A stretch of 64,000 nucleotides of DNA from Vulcanimicrobiota bacterium (GTDB taxonomy: Bacteria; Vulcanimicrobiota; Vulcanimicrobiia; Vulcanimicrobiales; Vulcanimicrobiaceae), in contig CAWAXX010000023.1 of assembly GCA_963786105.1 (NCBI GenBank), positions 64,001 to 128,000 of the forward strand. The letters run 5' to 3'. A model generated the notes under the pieces. That model worked only from the letters and a program-made list of their open reading frames with translations. It did no database searches and was not told the origin of the DNA. Shown piece after piece: positions 56,109 through 64,000 of this stretch (positions within the stretch are counted from its first letter, which is position 1; each line of letters starts with the position of its first letter). The translations under genes were made by a program, and so were the position numbers.

Positions 56109-57800
56109 GTGGCCGTGCGCGTCCTCGACGCCGTAACGATCGGGCAGATTGCTGCCGGCGAGACGATCGAGCGTCCGGCTTCGGTCGTCAAGGAACTCGT
56201 TGAAAATGCCGTAGATGCCGGCGCGCGGCGCATCACGGTGTCCGTTGAGTCCGGCGGGAGCGCTCTCATCGAAGTCGTCGACGACGGAGCCGGCATCGCG
56301 CCCGAAGACCTTGCGTTGGCGGTGCGGCGTCATGCGACCAGCAAACTCTCGAACGCCGCCGACCTCGATTCGATCGCGACGCTGGGTTTTCGCGGTGAAG
56401 GCTTGGCATCGATCGCCGCAGTTGCCTATCTCGACCTCGTATCGCGCCGTCCTGAAGCTGGGATCGGGTCGCGCGTGAGTGCGCACGGCGATGCAATCGG
56501 CACGATCGAGCCGGCGGCTGCACCACTCGGGACACGCGTACGCGTGGAACGCCTTTTCGAAAACGTTCCAGTGCGGCGCGAGTATCTGCGTTCGATCAAC
56601 GCGGAGTTCAACCGGATCTCCTCGTGGCTTTCGAGTTTCGCGCTTGCGTATCCGCAGATCACCTTCACGCTCCGGCACGACGGTAAAGACGTTTGGGTAA
56701 TGCCGGACAGCGACGATCCGCGCGAACGCTTGGCGATGGTTTTTGGGCGCGAAGCCGCGCGCTCGTTGCTTTGCCTCGACGGCGCGGCTGCCAGTACGAT
56801 CGACGGGAGCGTGCGCGGTTTCATCAGCGAGCCCGGCACGGATCGTCCCGATCGCCGGATGCAGCTTTTGTTCGTCAATGGCCGGCTGCTACGGAGCGCC
56901 CTCCTGACCGGAGCGTGGACCGCGGGCTACGCTACCTTCACCATGATGGGGCGCCACCCGTACGGCGCGATATTCTTGGAGTTGCCGCCAGAGCACGTCG
57001 ATCCGAACGTCCATCCAACCAAGAGCGACGTGCGGTTGCGCTTCGGCAGCCAAGTCTTCGATGCCGTGCGCCGTTCGATGAGCGCGACGCTGCACGCGCA
57101 TGCAACGGCGCGGTTTCGCGAGAGCACCGGCGGTTTTCAGATTGCGGGCATCTCGCCGGCTCCGCGTGCGATCGACGCGAGCCTCACGCACGTGCAGTCG
57201 CTCTTCGAAAACGGGGCCGCCGATGCGGATGCCGTGCCGGGCCGGCGGTTGCGAGTGCTCGGGCAGCTTCACCGCACCTTCATCCTCGCAAGCGACGGTG
57301 AGGCGTTGCTGCTCGTGGACCAGCACGCCGCCCACGAACGGATCGCGTTTGAAAACATCGTTGACGCCGCCCGCAGGGGTGCGACGAGCCAGCCGTTGCT
57401 CGTGCCGCATATCGTCGAACTCGACGGCGAGCAGAGCGCCGCGCTGGAGCGCAGTCTCGAGGCATTGCGCGAAGGCGGCCTGGAGATCGAACCTTTCGGT
57501 GAGGGGACGTATCGCATTACCAACGCGCCGGCGGGATACCGCGCCCGACCCTTCGACGTGGTCGGGTTCGTCGAGGATTTGACGGCCGATCCGAGACGGC
57601 GAGGCGTTCGCGAGCGGATTTGGGCGTCGCTGGCTTGTCACTCGGTTACCGTGGCCGGCGAACGCCTCGAGCCCGACGAAATGACGACGCTGGTCGACCG
57701 GCTCCAGCAATGCCTCAATCCAATGCACTGCCCGCACGGCCGTCCTACGATGGTGCGGCTCGGCCCCGACGACATCGCGCGCATGTTCAAGCGTGTCTGA
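56109..57800 (+). CDS. mutL: DNA mismatch repair endonuclease MutL
   Basis: IAAGE, KELVENAVDA, GFRGEGL, DQHAAHERI, ACH, CPHGRP; GTG start. Confidence 0.97.
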   Translation: MAVRVLDAVTIGQIAAGETIERPASVVKELVENAVDAGARRITVSVESGGSALIEVVDDGAGIAPEDLALAVRRHATSKLSNAADLDSIATLGFRGEGLASIAAVAYLDLVSRRPEAGIGSRVSAHGDAIGTIEPAAAPLGTRVRVERLFENVPVRREYLRSINAEFNRISSWLSSFALAYPQITFTLRHDGKDVWVMPDSDDPRERLAMVFGREAARSLLCLDGAAASTIDGSVRGFISEPGTDRPDRRMQLLFVNGRLLRSALLTGAWTAGYATFTMMGRHPYGAIFLELPPEHVDPNVHPTKSDVRLRFGSQVFDAVRRSMSATLHAHATARFRESTGGFQIAGISPAPRAIDASLTHVQSLFENGAADADAVPGRRLRVLGQLHRTFILASDGEALLLVDQHAAHERIAFENIVDAARRGATSQPLLVPHIVELDGEQSAALERSLEALREGGLEIEPFGEGTYRITNAPAGYRARPFDVVGFVEDLTADPRRRGVRERIWASLACHSVTVAGERLEPDEMTTLVDRLQQCLNPMHCPHGRPTMVRLGPDDIARMFKRV

Positions 57801-58689
57801 CGTCTCCATTCTTATTTTGGCCGGGCCGACGGCGAGCGGAAAGACGGAACTCGCGATCGAGCTCGCGCGGAGATTCGACGCGGAAATCGTCGGCGCGGAT
57901 TCACGCCAGATCTATCGCGGGATGCCGGTCGGCACGGCAATGCCGTCGCCCGAACAACTCGTGGCAATCCCGCACCACTGCGTGGCGTTCGTGGATCCGC
58001 ACGAGCGCTACTCGGCCGCCCGCTACGTCGCCGCTGCCCTTTCCGCGATCGAAGCGATTCATCGCCGAGGGAAGCGCGCGATCGTCGCCGGCGGGACCGG
58101 ATTTTACATTCGGGCACTCACCGGCGGAATTGCGCTGGCCTCGCAGTACGATGAGGCAACGCGCAAGCGTCTCGCCGAAGAAGTGCGATTACATCCGCCC
58201 GAGTTTCTGCACGAATGGCTTTCGCTTCGCAGTCCGCAGCGCGCGGCCGAATTGCACGGGCTCGACACCTACCGGGTCGTCCGCGCGCTCGAGATTGCCC
58301 TTGCCCCGGACGCGCACGCTCGCACGGGTGAGCTACGCACGCTAGCGACCGAACGTTTCAACTGGTTGTTGGCCGTTCTCGACGTTTCGCTCGCCGAACT
58401 CGACGCGCGCATCGTGCGTCGCTGCGCCCGGATGCTGACTACCGGTCTGGTGGAAGAAGCCGAACGGATCGGCAACGACGCGGCGGCTGCGAGTGCGGTC
58501 GGTTATCCGCAAGCCCACGCGTATCTGCGCGGCTGGAGCACGCTTTCCGAACTGCGCGCGTCGTTGGAGCGCGCGACCAAGCGCTATGCCCGCAGGCAGC
58601 GTGCGTGGTTTCGCGGCGAACGCGGCGCGCTGTGGCTTGCGCCAGACGCCGTAGCGAGCGCGGCACGGGAAAAGCTCGACTGGTCTTAG
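57793..58689 (+). CDS. miaA: tRNA dimethylallyltransferase
   Basis: GPTASGKT, DSRQIY, GGTGFY, RALEI, YARRQ..WF. Confidence 0.96.
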   Translation: MSDVSILILAGPTASGKTELAIELARRFDAEIVGADSRQIYRGMPVGTAMPSPEQLVAIPHHCVAFVDPHERYSAARYVAAALSAIEAIHRRGKRAIVAGGTGFYIRALTGGIALASQYDEATRKRLAEEVRLHPPEFLHEWLSLRSPQRAAELHGLDTYRVVRALEIALAPDAHARTGELRTLATERFNWLLAVLDVSLAELDARIVRRCARMLTTGLVEEAERIGNDAAAASAVGYPQAHAYLRGWSTLSELRASLERATKRYARRQRAWFRGERGALWLAPDAVASAAREKLDWS

Positions 58690-58707
58690 AAGCCCACATC
58701 ATTCATC

Positions 58708-58947
58708 ATGCCGGGAAGCCTTCAAGACTCGTTCCTCGCAGAATGTAAGCGACTGGGCACCACGGTCACCGTCTATTTGGTGAACGGTTTTCAAAAGCGC
58801 GGCGTCGTGAAAGGCTTCGATCCTTTCACCGTTCTGCTAGAGTTCGAAGGTAAGGCCGACCTGGTATACAAGCACGCGATTTCGACGATTTCGCCCGGTT
58901 CGCCGGTGGGATTGGAGCCGCAAGAGGGAACGACCGAGGGCGCATGA
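58708..58947 (+). CDS. hfq: RNA chaperone Hfq
   Basis: LQDSFL, YLVNGFQ, FD.FTVLL, VYKHAISTI; follows miaA. Confidence 0.95.
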   Translation: MPGSLQDSFLAECKRLGTTVTVYLVNGFQKRGVVKGFDPFTVLLEFEGKADLVYKHAISTISPGSPVGLEPQEGTTEGA

Positions 58948-59717
58948 GGGTCGCCCTAACGAAGATGCACGGGGCGCGCAACGATTTCGTGATCTTGGAT
59001 CGCCGCGCGTCGCCCGTTGCCCCTCTGGACTCGTTTGCGCGTTGGGTCTGCGACCGCCGGACCGGAATTGGAGCCGATGGTCTTATCGCGATCGAGACGT
59101 CGAGCCGCCAGGGCTTCGCCATGCGCACGATCAACGCCGACGGCACCGAAGCCGAGATGTGCGGAAACGGGATTCGTTGTGCGGCGCGCTGGCTCGACGA
59201 ATCGGGCGAGGGAGATCGGATCGATTTCGAGACTGCCGCCGGTGAGGTTCGCACGCACGTCGTATCTCGCAGCCCGGAATATCTGGTCCGGGTGACCGTT
59301 CCGATGGGGGGTGTTCGCGCACACGCGATCGAGTTTCTCGACGATGCGTTCTTCGTCGACTTGGGAAACCCGCACGTCGTCCTCTTTCGCGACGACGTTG
59401 AAGACGTCGATCTGGAAGTGCTGGCTCCGAGCCTGCAAACGCACTCGTCGTTTACAGAGGGAACGAACGTTCACGTAGCGGCGATTGAGGGCGACGACCT
59501 GCGCATGCGGCACTGGGAACGCGGAGTCGGTCTAACCCTTGCGTGCGGTACGGGCGCCGTGGCGGCGGCTACCGCCGCGATCGCGAGCGGGCGCGTTTCG
59601 TCACCGGTGATAACGTTCGTACCCGGCGGACGGCTCGTGGTCGAGTGGGACGGCGAGAGCGTCGCCACCCTCACCGGCCCGGCCGTGCGCGTTTTCGATA
59701 CGGAAGTGCAAGTTTGA
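58944..59717 (+). CDS. dapF: Diaminopimelate epimerase
   Basis: KMHG..NDF, GIGADG, EMCGNG, GNPH, ERGVG.TLACGTG. Confidence 0.96.
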   Translation: MRVALTKMHGARNDFVILDRRASPVAPLDSFARWVCDRRTGIGADGLIAIETSSRQGFAMRTINADGTEAEMCGNGIRCAARWLDESGEGDRIDFETAAGEVRTHVVSRSPEYLVRVTVPMGGVRAHAIEFLDDAFFVDLGNPHVVLFRDDVEDVDLEVLAPSLQTHSSFTEGTNVHVAAIEGDDLRMRHWERGVGLTLACGTGAVAAATAAIASGRVSSPVITFVPGGRLVVEWDGESVATLTGPAVRVFDTEVQV

Positions 59718-60133
59718 CGCTACGGCCCGCAGAGCCGGGTGATTCCGATCGCGTGTGCGTGCTCATGGAACAACTCGGGTACGACGTTCCGGCAGAGCAG
59801 ATCGCGCAGCGTCTCGCTCGCCGCGGTCGAAACCGAGAAGTGTTCGTTGTCGAAGACGACTCGGGCGTGGTCGGCTGGGCCGGCGTCTGCATTCGCGACG
59901 ACTTCGTCGGCGGACGCTATGCCGAGATCGAGGGGTTCGTCGTCGACGCCCAAGCGCGCAGTGCCGGCATCGGCGCTCGATTGCTCGACGCGGTGGAGGC
60001 TTGGGCGCGAGCCCAGGAGTGCGTTACCATGCGCGTGCGATCGAACGTCATCCGCGAGCGCGCCCACGCATTTTACCAACGGCATGGGTATGGGAAGGTC
60101 AAAGCCCAGTTCGCCTTCCAAAAAGCCTTATGA
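59714..60133 (+). CDS. GNAT N-acetyltransferase
   Basis: QLGY, RSAGIG, RERAHAFY..GY; TTG overlaps the dapF stop. Confidence 0.88.
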   Translation: MTLRPAEPGDSDRVCVLMEQLGYDVPAEQIAQRLARRGRNREVFVVEDDSGVVGWAGVCIRDDFVGGRYAEIEGFVVDAQARSAGIGARLLDAVEAWARAQECVTMRVRSNVIRERAHAFYQRHGYGKVKAQFAFQKAL

Positions 60134-61335
60134 TCGGGCTCGCGTATTGCGATGCGGAAGCGCGCATCTACTACGACGATGCGACAACTCCGCTTGCCGA
60201 CGGAGGCGTCGTTCGAGAATGTGAAGTCGACGAACTGATTCCGGCGCCCGAGGGAACCGTTGCCATGATTCTCCCCGGCAGGCGTCCGTTGTCGACCATC
60301 GGGCCGGCCGGCGATCGCTATGCGCTGGCGGCGATTCTGCCGGCCGGCTACACGCGTTTGCTCGTACCCGCGTATGTAAAGGATAGGAGCGCGCCGGATC
60401 TGCCGCTATTCGGGTATACTTTCGCGTGCGCCGTCGGCGACCGGCTTCATATCGCGGCTGCAAAAACCGACGAGAGCGAAGATTGGCAGCCGCGTTCGTT
60501 TCGGGAAGGGGAACTCGAGGGCATGCTCGCGGCGCGGATCGCCGGCGATCCCGCCAACCGCGTCTTGCGCCAAGTCGCCCTCTGCTCGACGGAATACGGA
60601 TGCTTCACCGCGCAGAACGTGTTTCTCGAGCGGGGCGAGGCCGCGTTGCCGGTCTCGCCTAAATGCAATGCTAGGTGTATCGGCTGCATCTCCGAGCTGG
60701 AACCACCGGCTACCCTTCCGTCACCGCAAACGCGCATCGCCTACGAGTCGACCGCCGAGGAGCTCGCGCGCGTCGGAATTCATCACCTCGAGCGCGTTGA
60801 AGACGGCATCGTCTCGTTCGGCCAGGGGTGCGAAGGCGAGCCGCTGCTGCGTTCGTCGACGATCGCGTCGGCCATCGAGCGTATTCGTGCGGTTCGCCTC
60901 AACGGCACGATCAATCTCAATACGAACGGCAGCGTCACGCGTGCGTTGGACCGCTGCATCGACGCCGGGCTTGCGGCGGTGCGGATCAGCTTGAATTCGT
61001 TTCGGCCGAGCGTGTATGCCGCCTACTATCGTCCGATGGGATACGCGCTCGACGACGTACTCGAATCGATCCGGCTGGCGGTACGACGTGGGGTACGAAC
61101 GAGCCTCAATCTCCTCACCCACCCGGGCGTCACCGATGACGAAGAAGAAGTCACCGCCGCCCAGGCATTTTTGCACGACGTGCCGGTTGCGATGGTGCAG
61201 ACGCGCACGCTCAATATCGATCCGGGTTGGTATTTCGACGCCGTCGGCCGCCCGCGCAGACCGCTCGGGATGCGTTACGCCATCGACGCGATTAAGCGTC
61301 TGACCGCGGTCGGAAACTTCACTCACACTCACTAG
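60130..61335 (+). CDS. Radical SAM protein of unknown function
   Basis: CNARCIGC, SFGQGCEGEP, NTNG, RISLNS; ATGA overlap with the GNAT stop. Confidence 0.9.
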   Translation: MIGLAYCDAEARIYYDDATTPLADGGVVRECEVDELIPAPEGTVAMILPGRRPLSTIGPAGDRYALAAILPAGYTRLLVPAYVKDRSAPDLPLFGYTFACAVGDRLHIAAAKTDESEDWQPRSFREGELEGMLAARIAGDPANRVLRQVALCSTEYGCFTAQNVFLERGEAALPVSPKCNARCIGCISELEPPATLPSPQTRIAYESTAEELARVGIHHLERVEDGIVSFGQGCEGEPLLRSSTIASAIERIRAVRLNGTINLNTNGSVTRALDRCIDAGLAAVRISLNSFRPSVYAAYYRPMGYALDDVLESIRLAVRRGVRTSLNLLTHPGVTDDEEEVTAAQAFLHDVPVAMVQTRTLNIDPGWYFDAVGRPRRPLGMRYAIDAIKRLTAVGNFTHTH

Positions 61336-61344
61336 AATTCTCTG

Positions 61345-61620
61345 TATCATCCTAAGCGGTGGCAGCGTCGCGGTGTCATCCTGAGCGGAGCGCCGAAGGC
61401 GCGCAGTCGAAGGACGAGTTTGCGCGCGCCGCTGCGCTTTGCCGCCTTCGGGACGTTCGCGTTTTCGCGTCCGTGCGAAAACGCTACTCGGCTGGCTCGT
61501 CGCTCTCGGCATCCGTGCCTTTGCTCCTCGTCCAGACGCCCTCAGACCGGCACGCCGCATCGGCGGCGCGACGGCCGTACTTCGACTGCGGCGCTTCGCG
61601 CCTCCGCTCAGGATGACACC
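61345..61620. repeat. Palindromic repeat family B, copy 4 (extra left-arm remnant, outer arms, full core)
   Basis: ggtgtcatcctgagcggag...ctccgctcaggatgacacc; core at 61446-61545 nearly identical to 32677-32775. Confidence 0.88.
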
Positions 61621-61629
61621 TCGTGGCGG

Positions 61630-62703
61630 CTATGGATCGATTGACGCGGGGACGGTGGAAACTTCGAGGTCGTCGTAGCGCTTGAGGCGGTAAATCGCGA
61701 CCGATATTCCCCAGCCGGCGATGAAAACGCCCACGATTGCGAACCCGAGCGTCCCCAACTGCCGCGCGAGCGAGTCGACGACGCTCCATAGTCCGCCGTA
61801 CAGGCGCAACTGCGAAGCGAGGACGCTCGCTGCCTCGACGGCGCCAACGATCAGTGCGACGAGCACCGACACCAGCGTCACCGTGAGGTTGTAGTAGATC
61901 TTTCGGAGCGGCTTGACTACCGCCCAACCGTATGCGGCCAGCATGAGCACGCCGTCGGTGGTATCGAGGAGCGACATTCCGGCGGTAAACAGCAGCGGGA
62001 AGATCAAAATGTCGTAGACCGGCAGACCTTTGCTTGCCTCGATGGCGGCGATGCCGAGCAATCCCACTTCGGTTGCCGTGTCGAACCCGAGTCCGAAGAG
62101 TAGGCCGATCGGATACATCTTCCAACTGCGATCGACGAGCCCGAGCAACGGGCGAAAGAATCGGCCGACGAGCCCGCGCCGGTCGAGCATCTGGTCGACG
62201 GTGCGTTCGCAATAGGGCTCGCCGCGGCGCACCGCGCGGAACGTGCGAACGATGTCGGATAAAACGACGACGTTGATGGCGGCGATCAGCAGCAGGAAGG
62301 CGGCGGAGATCGACGTCCCGATCAGGCCTCCGACGCTTTGCATCGTGGGCAGCGCGTCCTTGACCACCACCGAGGCGATGGCGATGGCTATCGAGAGGGC
62401 CACCACCACGGTGGAGTGTCCTAAGGAAAAAAAGAAGCCGACGGTCACCGGCTGCTGCCGGTCCTGCATCAACTTGCGGGTGACGTTATCGATCGCCGAG
62501 ATATGGTCTGCGTCGACGGCGTGCCGCAAGCCGAACGTATACGCCAGCAGCGCCGTACCCAAGAGGAGCGGGCGTTGCGCGAATGCGACGAACGCGAGCG
62601 CCCAGGCGCCGACGTTCAACGCAATCAAGAAAGCGTAGATCGTCGATACCTTTCCCCTGAGGCCGCGCGCGTGCAGCAAGTGGGCAATGGCGTCGCGGCT
62701 CAT
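61630..62703 (-). CDS. HoxN/HupN/NixA-family nickel/cobalt transporter
   Basis: GLRHAVDADHI, FSLGHSTVV, GLGFDTATE, GMSLLDTTDG. Confidence 0.95.
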   Translation of the reverse strand: MSRDAIAHLLHARGLRGKVSTIYAFLIALNVGAWALAFVAFAQRPLLLGTALLAYTFGLRHAVDADHISAIDNVTRKLMQDRQQPVTVGFFFSLGHSTVVVALSIAIAIASVVVKDALPTMQSVGGLIGTSISAAFLLLIAAINVVVLSDIVRTFRAVRRGEPYCERTVDQMLDRRGLVGRFFRPLLGLVDRSWKMYPIGLLFGLGFDTATEVGLLGIAAIEASKGLPVYDILIFPLLFTAGMSLLDTTDGVLMLAAYGWAVVKPLRKIYYNLTVTLVSVLVALIVGAVEAASVLASQLRLYGGLWSVVDSLARQLGTLGFAIVGVFIAGWGISVAIYRLKRYDDLEVSTVPASIDP

Positions 62704-64000
62704 GACGAAACGTCACCCAAGAGTTTGCGCGCGTCGTTGGCATAAACGGGGTGAAAGGTCGGGTCCGCCTTCAGAGCGGCCCGCAAGCGCTGGCGCGCTT
62801 CGCCGAAATGGCCCGTGTGCCATGCGATGACGCCGGCGTGATACTGCAGCTCAGGATCCTGCGTTCCGAGACGAGTGGCGCGCACGGCGTACGCGCGAGC
62901 GTCGCTCCAACGCTCCATCGACGCTAAAACCCAAGCCATCGTGTCGTCGGCGTAGATTTCGTCACCACGCCGCGCCAGGTCGGAGCGCGCGGCGATCAGC
63001 GCCTCCGCCGGATGCTCGTGATGCTCGGCGTAGTACATGGCTAACAGCCGGTCGTTGATGCCTTGGGCGTCGAACAGGCGTCGTTCCGCGCCGATAAGGG
63101 CATCGGTTTTCCGCGCGTCGCCGCTGCGGCCTAGGGCTCGTTGCGCGTCGACTTCGTAGCCGAGCGCCTGCGGGAGAGGATAGAGGTCGGCGCTTTGCTG
63201 CGCGGCGGCCAGCGACCGCGTCCAGTCTTGCTTGGAGCGGTAAAGTTTCGCCTCATAGAGCAGGGCGGCGGCATTCTCGGGGTAGATGCGCAGCGCTTGC
63301 GCAAACTCTCTCGACGCATTCTCGGATGCGCCGCTTTCAAACTCGATTTGTGCCAGCCTGAAGTGATACCAGGATCGCGTGTACGCAGGAACTTCGATCA
63401 TCCGATCGACGATTTGCGCTGCCCCTTCCATTTCGACGAGCGCGCCGGTTAGGTTTCCGGCGATCTCCTCGTATCGCGCTCGAACGGACATCCAGGTTGG
63501 ATTAAGGGCTTGATGGGGTCCGCTCAGGATGCGACCGGCCTCCGAATAGCGTCCCAGCTCCATGAGCAACGAGGCAGTCTGAGCGCGAGCGCCATCGTTA
63601 AAGGGCTCCGCCGTGACCGCCTGCTCCTCGAACTGCAGCGCCCGCGCAAAATGGTGTAAGGAAAGATCGCTCGACGCGATCGTTGCTAGGGCTTGAACGT
63701 TTCCTTGGGGCTGCAGCCGTAGCGACCGCACGGCTTGTACCCGAGCGCGACTGACGTCGCCCATGTCGCCGATTTCGCGAAAGCGCTGTAGATATTGCGC
63801 GGCGAGCGTGCGCGCGCTGATTTGATCCGCGGGGTCGCGCCGTACCTGATTCTCGTAGAACGAGACGAGCCGATCGCGTTCTTGGTAATCGGTCGCAATC
63901 GGCGCCGGCGGCACGGCCGCGGCCGGCGCGCGCCGCGCGCCGAACCAGGGCCATGCCGCACCGGCGAGAGCTGCCGCCACCAGGGCGACGATAGCGGCGC
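62700..64000 (-). CDS. Tetratricopeptide repeat protein, N-terminus beyond window edge
   Basis: Multiple TPR-like helices (DTMAWVL, YHAGVI), N-terminal TM segment; ATGA-coupled to the NiCoT gene. Confidence 0.85.
   Translation of the reverse strand, partial: AAIVALVAAALAGAAWPWFGARRAPAAAVPPAPIATDYQERDRLVSFYENQVRRDPADQISARTLAAQYLQRFREIGDMGDVSRARVQAVRSLRLQPQGNVQALATIASSDLSLHHFARALQFEEQAVTAEPFNDGARAQTASLLMELGRYSEAGRILSGPHQALNPTWMSVRARYEEIAGNLTGALVEMEGAAQIVDRMIEVPAYTRSWYHFRLAQIEFESGASENASREFAQALRIYPENAAALLYEAKLYRSKQDWTRSLAAAQQSADLYPLPQALGYEVDAQRALGRSGDARKTDALIGAERRLFDAQGINDRLLAMYYAEHHEHPAEALIAARSDLARRGDEIYADDTMAWVLASMERWSDARAYAVRATRLGTQDPELQYHAGVIAWHTGHFGEARQRLRAALKADPTFHPVYANDARKLLGDVSS

Noticed and set aside
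11973..61620. Family B repeats as a CRISPR array or as small protein genes (shared AEGVWTRSEG translations)
   Set aside because: The copies are dispersed rather than regularly spaced and there are no cas genes. The shared peptides simply reflect the DNA repeat and lack consistent starts or frames.

Overview
GC-rich bacterial chromosomal window, densely coding, with about 62 CDS. I found no rRNA, tRNA, CRISPR array, phage gene or transposase. The gene content (TolC and a stalk-domain beta-barrel protein alongside a Firmicutes-like miaB-mutS-mutL-miaA-hfq order) suggests a diderm Terrabacteria lineage such as Vulcanimicrobiota/Eremiobacterota; this is an inference. Main blocks: actP/DUF485; a sufC-sufD-sufS-sufU operon without sufB, divergent from sufR and an atypical IscU-like gene; folD; TlpA/ResB-like; tldD/pmbA; MFP-TolC; a fused AhbAB/NirDL-like gene followed by three tandem peptide-binding lipoproteins; NDH-2 and a LeuA-like synthase; two DppA D-aminopeptidases plus a VanX homolog; fumC; a CHASE2 cyclase; efp-plsY-der; miaB-GH18-mutS-mutL-miaA-hfq-dapF-GNAT-radical SAM; and a NiCoT transporter with a TPR protein. 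The most notable observations are: (1) a ~102-nt intergenic rod-like hairpin with periodic tandem G-A mismatches just before a terminator (candidate ncRNA); (2) an exported VanX/DdpX homolog lacking three catalytic residues, coupled to two intact D-aminopeptidases; (3) three families of palindromic interspersed repeats, one a nested element found only between convergent genes; (4) two probable CTG-initiated genes, one absent from the ORF track; (5) a frameshift in the essential der gene. All calls come from reading motifs by eye; no database searches were run.
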